From: Adineta vaga
Taxonomy: Eukaryota; Animalia; Rotifera
DNA: 64,000 nt
Reading direction: 5' to 3'
Assembly: GCA_021613535.1 (NCBI GenBank)
Contig: CP075494.1
Location: 16,678,001-16,742,000, forward strand
Made by a program: the position numbers and the translations under genes. A model generated the notes under the pieces. That model ran no database searches. It had not been told where the DNA came from and was given only the letters and a program-made list of their open reading frames with translations. The stretch's first letter is position 1. Each line of letters begins with the position of its first letter. This document shows positions 50,686-63,672 of the stretch, piece by piece.

Positions 50686-53206
50686 GTAGATAATTAAGAA
50701 TGAATTTTTGTCGTAGATGAAGCAAAATATTTGAAGAACATCTTTGTCTGACTTATTGATTTGTTATAGTTTCTTTCACCATGTAGTTAACGCGAAATTA
50801 TTCGTTTAGGCATCGCAAAACATTTGAACGGAATCGTGCTATGAGATATTTATTAAGTGTGTGGTCTTGTTCTCTGGACAAATCTAAAGACAGTATGATG
50901 GATGGTAGTTTGATAACAGAGTCACGAGATTAAACTGGTTGGTAAGATTCAATGGAAAACTTCGATGAGATTTTTATAATGAATTTTTTTCTTTTCTAGG
51001 TATCACTAGACGTGCAAATTTTAGCGAAGAACCTTTGTCGTGGCTTAATTCTCAATTCAATAGAAAGACGTTGTTTTCCCATAGTTTAGTTGCTTTTTTT
51101 GTTTTTTCAAGGTGATATTTTCGTTTTTGCTTTCAAATAAATTCTAGCATCGAAAAATATTCTGCGTATTTGGAAGCCATCATAATAATTGTTAGCTCCT
51201 AACACATAGATAGTTGGAGGACAGTTTTAGTTTTATGTGAAAAGCAACTGATGTATCTATACATCGAAATCCTAAGACCTTGAACATAATGCACTCATAG
51301 ATCTAGTGATTACAGGGAGCTAGATCTTACTATAATCACGGAGATTGTACCTGGATAAGGTATCATCATCTAATATATAGATATATGTATCCAGGACTGC
51401 ATTATGATCTGATTTAGGGACCGGATCATAACAATAATCTCATTGAATTCGGTCAAATGTTCTTCATTTGTACATATCAGGGTGTGTTTTGAATATAGAC
51501 ACCATGAATAGTTTCGAATTATTTGAAAGTCTCGTCAGATGGTTATATATTCGGCATAATGATAAGAATTTAAGAGAGAGTCCGCCATAGGGGACCCCAA
51601 CGTGGTCGCGGAAAAATTTTTTTTTCGATTTTATTCTTTAAAACGAAAGGTCTAATGGAACTATGAAAAAGTCCAAAATATTACGCTTCTAGCTCTTTTC
51701 TCTAAAAAATGCCGCTTTACACAAGTTTTTGGGGTTAATTTTGACTATTAAAAATTGATATTTTGAGAACACCTCAGTATTTGTTAATTATTTCAATAAC
51801 GGTTTGACCGTTCGAGCTCGAGGACGTTTCATTCGATAGAACTCCATGTAGGCTACAAATTGACTCTATTTAAATAATAATAGTGTATGATATAAAAATT
51901 TCTGTAAGCAAAAAACGGATTAAAAAGTAAGAAAAACGTATTGGATATGGAGTAGTATTTTGGACTTTTCTCACGCTGTGTGATAGATACCATGCTGATT
52001 TTTTTACCATAGATAGACCTGGTCTCGGCACACATTTTGATATAAGATAGTAAGGGTCTAAAACACTCGGAAAGCATAACTACGTAAATAATACTAAATT
52101 CAAACTCACTCGTCAAGAATTTATTTGGGTAGTCAAAATAGCATAATCTCTTTCAATATATTTTAGAATTGAGTTTAAATTCATTCTTAAAATATAAAAT
52201 TTGATGAGATAAACACTTTTTAAATGATATTTCACTAGAATTTCATGTGTTCATACCTAAGAATCTATCATTCTTACGTACATCAGATATACGCTCACTG
52301 TTTTGAGTATAGTTCAAGAATGGTAATAGATATCGAGGTCGGGTTTTCAACATTCGATTCAGGGTATTATCATCTTTGAGTTTTAGCAAAATAACTGAAA
52401 TAAAATTCTGTAATGTTAGTAAGCAATAATATGAAAACAAAGTATGGCAATGCATATTACTTTATTTGATATATGATATATTTGTTGTAGTATGTTGGCA
52501 TTTTAGAAAAGAATAAATTAATAGCGCCGATGGTTGAATAATTAAAGAATACAGTCTATGCAACAAACTATACTTCAAACGCTAAAAACGTGTAGCTTAG
52601 TCAAAAATTATTGGTATGATACGACATCTATACATAATTTGTATTGGATGAAATTTGAAAGGAAATTGACAGCTTCTAACCGACATATCAATCAGAACAA
52701 TAAGATATTCTATTCGACATATACGATATACTACAAATATATATTTATTTACTTATTTACAATCACTGATTTAACTGAAGATAATTTCAAAGATAAAAAC
52801 GAACTGTCCGTTTTTTTCCGAATCTAAATACAAATAGGTATAACAGTGACTATTGTTTTGTTAAATCTAAGCTAAAACTCCATGTTTATCAGTTTAGTTT
52901 TCGTTCTAGATATTTTGGAAATATTTTTCTTATAAAAAGAATGGATTATTCGGTCGAGCCATGCTTTTTTGAAGCCGACCATATACCTGTAGATATTCTG
53001 TTTTCTTATCATAACTGTACTCAATAAACTGTCTTCTTCTTTAGGTATTTTGCGGTGGTGATACAACCGAACTCAGTGCTCTGTTATTTGGAATCACTCC
53101 ACCAAACGAATTTCGTTCGATGCTTGAGTATTTGCTATATCGAGCCGGATTTTTTCATTTAGAGCATAAAAATTTATGCCGATATAAAATTTGTGATAAT
53201 CATTAT

Positions 53207-54727
53207 TGTTAGTGTTTATTCATCTTTATTGAAAAGAATCATATACATGACCGACTAGGAGAGAAAACACATCAGTTTATATACGCGTTGAGAAGAAAGA
53301 AACGAGGGTTCGAGAGAGAGAGAGATATCTATGATATCATCATCTAGGTACAGTGAACAATAAAGAAAGAAAGAAAGAGACAGTGCGTACTATTAGGTCC
53401 CGTAACAGTCGACCCTATGTTGACAAGATGTGTGTGTCGGCACACAACCACAACATAACTGAGAAAAGACTAGAATACGAGGATATAACAAAAGATCAAA
53501 AAATAACACACAATGAAAGATGCTAAAGAACAAATAACATGATGTAGCAAAAAGAGAGAAGAGAAGAGAAATTTTCGGCACGGTGTCATCGACGGCGTCG
53601 TCTTTGTAGTCGTTGGTAGTGTTCTTCGGTGAACATGTTTTCGTGCAGTAGGTTTTCGACCAGTCGACGAGTTTCTTCATCCTTGAGACCTAAATATAAA
53701 CGACCATGCAATACATTAATATTTACCCATTTTATGTTCAGATTGACCAGGATGTCTTTGACTTTATTGTTCGTAAAGTATTTATATACTTCACGGATAA
53801 TCTCGTATCGGTAACGATTTTGCCGTTTTTTCTGGTTTTTCTTTTGATTACGTGTTAATCCTTGAGAGTGTTGTTGTTCACCTGGTTCTGCTTCATTAGG
53901 TACTGCAGGTTCATTCATTCCATGAACCCCAGCAGCTACTGTTGCATCGACGTCTTGATGTAAATCAATCGACCAAGTATTATCATAATATTGTGAAGGT
54001 TCATTCATTTCATGAACCCCCCTACCTGTATTTGTATCATTTATTGGATATAGATGAATGGCGTGTTCATAGTTATTTATTTCCATGGAACCATAATCTT
54101 CAATTTCACGTGTTGGACCAGTAGATGCTGTTGGTGGAGGTGTAAAATGTAGTATCATGATGTCTAATAATGGCATATCGTAGTTTCCATCATATGTTGG
54201 TACATAATTCCATTCATGTGTTGTTACATAATTTCCACCATGTGTTGGTACATAAGTTCCATCAGGTGTTGGTACATAATTTCCATCAGCTGTTGGTATA
54301 TAATTCCATTCGAAGTCTTCATCAGGTGCGTGAATAATAAGATCATCAGTTGGTTCATCATCTGGATTTTGATCATCATGTTCAGGAATATAATTTGATG
54401 TTAATTCATCAGCAGCTGGTTCTCCACTATGGTGTTGTTCATTTGGTGTTATTTCGTTCACCAGTTTCGTGACTGCCAAGCAGTCGTTTATTGAGTAGGT
54501 GATTAAGTGTTGTCGATATTCTTGTTCGTCTGCTGTAATTCGTTCTTTTAACTGATGTAAATGATGAGGTATTTAGTTTGTATTTTATTATGTTAATAAT
54601 AAAATAGTCAGTCACGGCACCAATGTTAGTGTTTATTCATCTTTATTGAAAAGAATCATATACATGACCGACTAGAAGAGAAAACACATCAGTTTATATA
54701 CGCGTTGAGAAGAAAGAAACGAGGGTT

Positions 54728-54768
<41 letters not shown>

Positions 54769-54848
54769 TCTATGATATCATCATCTAGGTACAGTGAACA
54801 ATAAAGAAAGAAAGAAAGAGACAGTGCGTACTATTAGGTCCCGTAACA
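53207..54848 (-). mobile_element. Non-autonomous LTR retroelement (TRIM-like, 1.64 kb) with tRNA-His PBS and 5-bp TSD ATTAT
   Basis: LTRs 53207-53407 and 54624-54848 (TG...CA), differing by 1 substitution and GA7 vs GA19; minus-strand TGGTGCCGTGAC after the 5' LTR; ATTAT on both flanks. Confidence 0.93.
53586..54572 (-). CDS. 5'-truncated accessory ORF of the LTR element: ExoIII-like motif, low-complexity YVPTxxGN repeats, basic C-terminal domain
   Basis: Open frame extends upstream of the tracked TTG start: ..QEYRQHLITYSINDCLAVTKL; C-term LTRNQKKNQKKRQNRYRYEIIR. Confidence 0.6.
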   Translation of the reverse strand: MPHHLHQLKERITADEQEYRQHLITYSINDCLAVTKLVNEITPNEQHHSGEPAADELTSNYIPEHDDQNPDDEPTDDLIIHAPDEDFEWNYIPTADGNYVPTPDGTYVPTHGGNYVTTHEWNYVPTYDGNYDMPLLDIMILHFTPPPTASTGPTREIEDYGSMEINNYEHAIHLYPINDTNTGRGVHEMNEPSQYYDNTWSIDLHQDVDATVAAGVHGMNEPAVPNEAEPGEQQHSQGLTRNQKKNQKKRQNRYRYEIIREVYKYFTNNKVKDILVNLNIKWVNINVLHGRLYLGLKDEETRRLVENLLHENMFTEEHYQRLQRRRRR

Positions 54849-55941
54849 ATTATAAATATTTGACAACATCTGATCGAAAAGATCATTGTAAATTGTGTAA
54901 AGTAATTCGACAACGTCCAACAGCTAATACATCTTCTCTTCGATTAGTGACTAAATCGATGGCTTTACCAGTATGGCAAAAAGGACGTCCAACACATACC
55001 TGGGCTGTATATGAAAAAGCCACGTGCACTTCATGTCGGACATATTTTGAAGCATCAGGCGATATAGAAACCTTAGGTAACACTAGTGATCATTGGTTTG
55101 GTGAGTATTCGAAGTATATTATGCATTTATACAAACTTTTAGGTCTGATTAGGAAAAACAAACGACGCGATGATTTGAAATTGTATGTTGGAAAAGAGAT
55201 GAAATTTGTTTACGAATATTATCAGAGATAGGTCATCTGAACTCGAGTTTTGAATATAAAAAGACGAATTATGCAATATTTCTAAATATTTCTATATCTC
55301 TATATCATTCAAATTCTTTCAAACGATTCTCAGGATTATGGCCTTTTAGATTGGATCTACAACCAAAACATCGTATATCTTCCTACTCCATCTGAACCAG
55401 CATCACAGCATAGCAACTACGAACCACAATTCGAACAATTTACGAATTCTCAACGTCAAAATAGTTTCGAAACATTGAAACGATGCCTCATTGAAACAGG
55501 ATTTACCGGTCGAATACAGAAAACGTTCTCTTTTGCTACAATTACTGAACATAGCCGATACAACATTCGAAATCAAACGTTCAAAATTATACAGCATACA
55601 ATGCAAATACTTCTTCAAGATGATGCTGATGAAGTATGGAACGACATTATGGACAACTATCAACCAAGTTCCTATAAAGATCAAAAGTAAAATTTATGGC
55701 AATATGTATTTTACTCAGATTTGCACTCATTCATACAATAACCTACTCGTCAGAGAACAGTTTTCAGTCGCTTTTATGGACAAAGGATTGGGTATTGATA
55801 CAGAAAACTGCGAGTGTTGGAAGTTCGAATATGCAGAATTTAGCTCAGTGACAGATAAGGTGAAGCATCATCATTAGGAATATAGATAATTTCACGAATC
55901 TTAGTAAAAGACAAAGACTGATTATGGTGAATAAACAACTA

Positions 55942-57255
55942 ACGGGTGGGCCATAAAGAATTGCCCTCTTAGTATTTTTTAATTTTCTCCTCTATTATTC
56001 GTGCGATTAAAATCTATTTTTTAATCAAAAGATAGCGTATGAAATTCTGCACAAGATGATGTATTTTATTTATCGAATATAGTTTCCTCCATTCTTTTGG
56101 ATTAAACGTAATCGTACAGTAAAATCAAGTACAGAATGTAAAATTTTTTCTTTTTTAATTTTTTTGACAGAACGTTTTATTTCGTCTATTAATGTTGCTT
56201 TTGTTGTTATGTTCTTCCAATCCATAGATTCAGCTAATTCATTCCATAAACTGTAATCTAACGGACATAAATCAGGCGAATTCGGTGGCCAACGATCCTT
56301 TGAAATAAAATCAGGAAAATGATCAGCACACCATTTTTGACCTGAGTGATGTGTATGAGGTTTGGCTCCGTCCTGCTGATAAGTCCATTTGTTTCCTAAC
56401 ATTTTGTTACCATATTTTAAAGCAATTGGAAGAACATCATTGATGTATCTTTCTGCATTCATCGTTCCATTCTCCATAATCACCGGTACCGTCAGACCTT
56501 CAGCACATACACCCAACCACACCATCACCTTAACTGGAAATTTTGTTTTTTGATGTATACCACCTTGTTTATCTGCTTCTTCCCTACTGACCGCCCATAT
56601 GCGGTCGTTCTGAACATTGTATACACCATCTAAATCAAAATATTTTTCATCAGTAAAAAGCCATTTTTTGGTGTCTTTTTTTGTATAGTTGTTTAACACC
56701 CAATTGGCAAATTTAATCCTGTTTCTTTTTTGAAGATTAGTCAATTTTGGTTGTTTAATTTTTTTAATATGGAAAACAACCAAGGTCTTCACGTAATATT
56801 CGTCGTGCACTTGTTCTTGAAATGCGCAGTTTAAAAGCTAATAATCTTGATGACAGCCGTTTCTTCTGTGCTAGACGACGTTTAGCCTTTAAGATATTCT
56901 TTTTCGTTCGAGCTGTGCGTGGACGACCAGGTGAATGTGATAAATTGATGGGTCCCATTCGATTGATCATTTGAATCCATAATTTGATTGTTCGTAATGA
57001 AACTACTCCACCTAAATCACGATAAATTTTAGTTGGTCCATCATCGTTTTCATGTTTATTTTTTACAGCTGTTTGCACATCTTTACTTTTCATCGTTTCG
57101 GAAATATATTTAAAATGACCTTCAAATTCAATCATACATATCTTCGTGGAGAATTTCAAGCGCCATCTTTTGGTAAAAAAAATATTTTAATCGCACGAAC
57201 AATAAGGGAGAAAATTAAAAATTACTGAGAGGGCAATTCTTTGTGGCCCACCCGT
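55942..57255 (-). mobile_element. Tc1/mariner DD37D (maT-like) element, TA TSD; transposase 57093-56070 with one frameshift at a poly-A run ~56765
   Basis: TIRs ACGGGTGGGCCATAAAGAATTGCCCTC / GAGGGCAATTCTTTGTGGCCCACCCGT; FTDEKYF, QQDGA-(37)-NSPDLCPLDY. Confidence 0.92.
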
Positions 57256-58499
57256 TATTATCACCTGAATAAATCAAAGCCTACTTTTCCAAACTGAAAG
57301 CAAAGCGATGTAAAGAAGGTAGTCAACTTCGGTCAAAGCCATCGATACAACTTTCAAGCAACTCCAACAATAGTGTAGTCGATAAAAATGCAATGGACAA
57401 CGAAAAGGAAACGATAATCGATACGTAGGATATCTTAGCGACGGATTCGACTTTTTCCAGGATTTATTCGTTTTGTTATGCGTTCCAACTGAGATCTCAC
57501 TCGTTCCAAGTAGAACTCGATGAGCTCTATCGATTCCAAAAAAGAAAAATTCAAAAACTCACTTTCTTACCCCCAAAAAACCCCAAAACTGCGAAAAACC
57601 AGCAAAAAAACGTCGAATTTCGAGAAAATCCGTGGACGATTCGCCTTGAGACCTATTCCAAGAATTAAAACAATGATTCCAGATGTAACTCGATGAGCCC
57701 TATCGATTCCAATCATCAGATTTCCGATAGGTCACTTCCTTGATTTCCAAAAACCTGAAAAACCACCCAAATTTGCTGAAAACCCTACAAAAACCTCTGG
57801 CGATTCGCCGGGAGATCAGCTAAGAAGATTATGACAATGGTTCCAGATGTAACTCGATGAGATCTATCGATTTCACACTTGATTAAGGAATTTTGAACAT
57901 TTGATTGCCAAGAACCAGATTAATCACTGTATTCACAGTATATTAGGGTTTCTAACGAAAATCTGAAACAAAACGTATGTGTACATTTTAGTTTTGTGAG
58001 CAAGGCGACATGTACATTTTGTTTTTGTAAGCGAAATATATCAGTGTACATATGCACACATGAAATTTAATTTGATGTAGAAAACGAAAAATAATAGATT
58101 GTTCATGTTTTTCTTTTGAAAATGAATGACACGGTACTAGATGAACGAATAAACAACAAATGCATGTAGAGGTATCTATCGGACATACATATATACTTCA
58201 ACGCAATGTGAAGAAGTAGCATAATAGGAGAACGTTCAAGTTTTCCTTTCATAAAAATATTAATCGGTACTAAATAAACGATAAACAAAAAATAACTCCC
58301 GTTTAATTCATTTAAAAGGATATTTCATATGAGAATACAGTATCTGATCACAGAAAGGCAAAAATGGTTCTCTACTGTTTCACCAAAATGAAAACAATAA
58401 AATGCAATTCATCGTGATTATCTTCATGTTGGTCACTATGCATGTCAATATGATCCGAACAAAGCCAAATTGAATCTGTTGTAATTATTAATTTTACGA

Positions 58500-59760
58500 T
58501 AAGTTCAGCCCATAAAGAGGATTAAATATCATAATCAATATTTAGTCACCATGAGTTTTTTCAAGTTGATCGGCACGATCTCCTAGACAAGTCATGCAGC
58601 GACTATTTGTTGAACAGAGATTAACGACCAGATAGTTTTCTTTTTTTCGTTAGAAGTAGATATCTTTTCGTAGCAATGAATAAAAGAACGATGAAATCAA
58701 AATACTTTTGTTGATGCAGATTCAGTTTCAAATGGTATGTATCTTATTAATGAAATTTGTTCCGAATACAAACAATTATTTATACACGATGTATATCTAC
58801 TCTACCTACTCACAGGATTGGATGAGTAGTACAATAAAAATTCAATTGTTCGTGGCAACCTTATACGTGATTATCGGTTCTTGGTCGAATTCGAATGAGA
58901 TCAGAAATATTTCAGAAAGAAGGAGGAAAAATTGCATTGTCATTGTGTGTCCGAAGAATGTAATCTGTTAACTTGAGAAAACAGTAATTGGCACCACTAA
59001 GTTTTTCAGTAATATCACAAAATGCTGTCTGAATTTTTTGATGTGGTAATAAAGGCAGGGATAATACGTTTGCTATTTGGCGATGTGCTTCATTACCCTC
59101 GGAATATGCGATTACACCTTTCTTTTTTTATTTGTCGCCAAATATTTTGGTCAAAATAGAATTGACGTCCTTTTATATTTGCTCTTATAATAGTTTTTCA
59201 AAAATACATTTTAAATCATCATCTCGAAATCGATTAATATTGATTGTGGAGCTAGAAAGATTTGATTATTTGAGCATAAACAATCAACTCAGCCAAAAGC
59301 CATGATACTATCAATGTTTTTGTAGGGAAAGCACTATGAACAATAGGTTTCATGCTGAAATCATCCCATATATGTATGCTATAACTTTGGTAGAATAACC
59401 GAGGAGCAGTTCTAAAGCTTCCATTGCAATTTCAGTGTTGATTTAATTCAAGTACTTGAAGACTAATAAGCGAAGAAAACCCAAATATTGATCGAACGCG
59501 TTATCACAGAATAATAAACTTTTATCTGTTGAAGTTCGACCAAGTGAGTAAGGCACCACGATCGCAGATAATGTCTTCGAAATTCCTGGTTATATCGACG
59601 AGCGATATTCATATAAAGAAGATTTCACACGATCAAATACAAAAATTGTACCGGCATTGTCATTGTCACGTCTGAATTTTTTCGCTTGTTTATCGTATAA
59701 CATAGAAACTGGTGCTGCTTGTTCTTTATCGATTCTTTGTTTGAAAGATTAAACACGTTC
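58500..59760 (-). pseudogene. Mutator/MULE DDE transposase fossil
   Basis: H*NCNGSFRTAPRLFYQSYSIH..MKPIV, IDFE, IKGRQFYFDQNIWRQIKKKG resemble MULE motifs (DGTF..P..F.QLY.IH; DFE; GC.FH..Q.IWR) with many stops. Confidence 0.7.
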
Positions 59761-60096
59761 ATATCTACTCAATAAATAAAAGAAGAAATCGCTAGATATA
59801 TTCAAATCAGCATACAGAAACTTACAACAAACGAATACTAAAACAGCCATTAATCGATAAAAACAACTTGGAAAGTACTTGATAACAAATATCATATTTT
59901 TTAAATCATATTTCTCTAAATAATATGTTATTTTAATTATTGCGACACACTATATCCAATAAAGTATTACTCATTTAATCAAAACGAAACGTACAATTTC
60001 AACTAATCACATTCTATATTCCATTCATCCCTATGATCAATAAACGAATATAAATGAACAGAATTTCTAAATAGTCACCCAGAAATAGTATATCGG

Positions 60097-60522
60097 GGGG
60101 AAAAGCGGATCCTCATAGATCCTAGGATCCAGAAGGAACCATGATATCCAAGAGGATACAGTACGATTCACAAGGATCTCCTAGCATCCATCAAAATCTG
60201 GTAGGAGCTATCAAGATCCATAAAGAGCTAATTCATTCGAATTTGTTTTTCAACTAAATATTTGAATTAACTATAGAGTTATCGATGGTAAACACAAAGT
60301 AAAGGAGAGATGATAAAAATTGAATGAATTTCACTAGATTTAGATATTTTATCCAATAAATTCTAGGGAGAGAAAAGCAAACTATGAATCCCATAAAGTT
60401 TTCGGATCTTTATAAACTCTCGTGGATTTTCACAACTCGTAGGATCCGTGAGGATCCATGCGGAGCTGTAACGATCCAAAAATCTTGGGGGATTCGGGGA
60501 TCCAGGATCCGCTCTTCTCCCC
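60097..60522. mobile_element. MITE with GGATCC-rich subterminal repeats
   Basis: GGGGAAAAGCGGATCC ... GGATCCGCTCTTCTCCCC. Confidence 0.65.
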
Positions 60523-62190
60523 TTCTACTAAGTATAATTTTTTACTCAGAAAAAGTTAAGTCGTCAGACTCATTGTGATTATATCCTTTTTATTTCTTAT
60601 ATAATATCATATATAAAACTCTTCAACATTCTGATACAACACTCTTTTTTTTCCACATTTCTCAATTTGAATAAAAATAAGTTTTATGTCAATTTTTCTT
60701 CATTTATAATTATTCCATATTTAAGGATTACTAAAAATACTATTTCATGAAAATAAATTTTTTTCATTTCATTTTCATCAATACAATTGTTTTTCATATT
60801 CAAAATCTATGAAAAATTTATTTTAATATTTTTTATCATACAATTCAAAATTTTCCATCAAACAACAATTTTAGATTGTTTCAATTTATTTCATTTTATT
60901 CGCGCAAATGTCTCGACCAATAAACTTTTTTATATTGAACTAGTCGTCTTTCTATGTTCAATTAAACTGACAGACAGCGACATCTACACATTTTGTTATA
61001 ATACATATTTTTCTAGTGGTAAAATATTTTAGCCAATCCATAAAATTTCTTTTGTGGCCATAGCAGTGTTTCTAATGGCAAGTGTACAAAGCAAACACAA
61101 AATGTACAGAACACTTGCTATTCTCGAAATACACTCTACTGTACACTTAGACCGAAAAACAGAGTGTACAAAATACACTTTGCATCCAAAAACTACACTG
61201 TGTTTCTTATTGTGTTGATTTTTGTATGTATCTTGGATAAATAATTTTTCTTGTATTTATTGTTTATTCGTTCATCTAGTACCGTGTCATTCATTTTCAA
61301 AAGAAAAACATGAACAATCTATTATTTTTCGTTTTCTACATCAAATTAAATTTCATGTGTGCATATGTACACTGATATATTTCGCTTACAAAAACAAAAT
61401 GTACATGTCGCCTTGCTCACAAAACTAAAATGTACACATACGTTTTGTTTCAGATTTTCGTTAGAAACCCTAATATACTGTGAATACAGTGATTAATCTG
61501 GTTCTTGGCAATCAAATGTTCAAAATTCCTTAATCAAGTGTGAAATCGATAGATCTCATCGAGTTACATCTGGAACCATTGTCATAATCTTCTTAGCTGA
61601 TCTCCCGGCGAATCGCCAGAGGTTTTTGTAGGGTTTTCAGCAAATTTGGGTGGTTTTTCAGGTTTTTGGAAATCAAGGAAGTGACCTATCGGAAATCTGA
61701 TGATTGGAATCGATAGGGCTCATCGAGTTACATCTGGAATCATTGTTTTAATTCTTGGAATAGGTCTCAAGGCGAATCGTCCACGGATTTTCTCGAAATT
61801 CGACGTTTTTTTGCTGTTTTTTCGCAGTTTTGGGGTTTTTTGGGGGTAAGAAAGTGAGTTTTTGAATTTTTCTTTTTTGGAATCGATAGAGCTCATCGAG
61901 TTCTACTTGGAACGAGTGAGATCTCAGTTGGAACGCATAACAAAACGAATAAATCCTGGAAAAAGTCGAATCCGTCGCTAAGATATCCTACGTTTTACTT
62001 CAATATGTTCGTTCTTGATCGATTTATGAGACCACGAAACATACTCCGATCTATATTAAATTTCAACCTTTCACTGTCTTATCGAAAATTTACTATCAAT
62101 TGCAAATTTAAAGCAAATCTTCCCAATCATCTTGTAAGTGTACCTATTTTTGAAAGTTGAAAGCTCACCATATACTACTTCAATGCTATT

Positions 62191-63520
62191 CCCAGGTCAA
62201 CGAATCCGATGTCGGATCCGACAGAATCCTATAGGACTCCTGGTGACGGAATCGAATAGGAATCCGACTGTCAGAATCCACTACACTTCCGATAATATCG
62301 GATGAATTAAAAAAAATCTGAAAACACCTAATTTCTTTGTATTTTTTCGGATTCAAAATCCTTTAATTATTCACCTGATATCTATCTCGTAGGATTTTTC
62401 TGGATTGTTTTTCGATTTAAAATCCTTCACTTGTATTTCGTATATGCTCGAGTAGAGTATGATTCGTTTGGACTGATTTAGCATGGAATGCTGATTATGT
62501 AGATTGTATAGTGGTTTAAGGAAGGGATAGAGGAAACGGATCCGTGGAGAAATGTGATTTTTTTCCGGCTCTCAGAATCATAGGAGATGAAATATATGAA
62601 AGAATGCCAATGTCAAAGTTCTTTCGTGGAGAATTAATCGAGTGTTTCGGTGGAAACTGAACATTTTTCGGGAGATATAGTTGGAAATGTGAGTTGATGT
62701 TTGCGTTTCTTTTGGTTATGTCGTTCTGAGTTGTTGGGGATACCTAGTAGTGTTAATTATTTTCATAAGCAGTATTTGTACATCGTTAGGTAGTGTCGCC
62801 TTGGCGAAAGCACGAAGCTGGCAGTTATATTAGCAAAGCAACCCAGGAATATTCCGGACAGTTCCAGCTAGTTCCAAAAGCTTCCAACCGGAAAACTCAG
62901 GACAATGGAAGCAGTATTCCGATCGGAATTTCTCGGACTGTTCCGGTGAATTCCAGTCGGAATGTTCTGGTTCCGGCGGGATCTGGCTCGGATTTTTCGA
63001 CCTGGGTAAATGTTTTCAGGTTGTTAAGATGGTGGATGCCGCAGATTTTTATGGATCATACTTTATGATGGAGTTAGGAGGTATGAAATTAAAAAAACGG
63101 TCTGCTTAAAATGTGAATGGTTCGAAACTATGTATTTCAGTAGGCGTTAGGTAAAATATATTCATGAATAGCGTCAAATAGTTTAAATATCGTTTTTCAG
63201 GTTCATCTAATGCATTTTTTTGGTTGTTTATAATATTCATTTTAAGATCCATGTCGGAGTTCGTTGAATTTTGTCAGAGTGTGGTGGAAATCGTTCGAAG
63301 TCATGGGTTCACAGTAATAGGATCCGATCGGTTCCTTGATACTGGATACCATCGGACATAGTTAATATTAACCGATAGGATTCGTTGATCCGAAGGATTT
63401 CAATGCGATTCCGTCACCGAGAATCCAATTAAATCCTATAGGAACCCACAGAATCCGGTAAAATCCTATGCTTTCCGATCGGATCCGATCCGATTCGAGT
63501 ATGGGATTGGTCAACCTGGG
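62191..63520. mobile_element. Non-autonomous CMC-type element, 2-bp TSD TT, with a related small CCCAGG...CCTGGG MITE nested at 62842-63006
   Basis: TT|CCCAGGTCAACGAATCC ... GGATTGGTCAACCTGGG|TT; GGATCCGA/GAATCC subterminal repeats. Confidence 0.8.
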
Positions 63521-63637
63521 TTGCATCATATTACTTTTACGTGATACCATACTCGTTAATCAACCTTTTAGATATAAGCAACATTTTCCTTATCAAGAAA
63601 TTCTCATTTTCTATATTGTATATATACACCTTCTTGT

Positions 63638-63672
<35 letters not shown>

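Larger units (their letters stand above)
51574..57422 (+). mobile_element. Sola3-like DNA transposon remnant (left end plus internally deleted transposase), host to later insertions
   Basis: TTAA|GAGAGAGTCCGCC terminus; ORF pieces LYRAG..KICDNHY|KY..CKLC..RLVTKSMA..TCTSC rejoin across the LTR insert; C-terminal LSPE*IKAYFSKLK after the mariner; family call from remembered motifs only. Confidence 0.5.
57423..61993. mobile_element. Long-TIR (~740 bp) foldback DNA element carrying a decayed MULE transposase
   Basis: ACGTAGGATATCTTAGCGACGG... (57423-~58165) is the near-perfect reverse complement of ~61250-61993. Confidence 0.88.
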
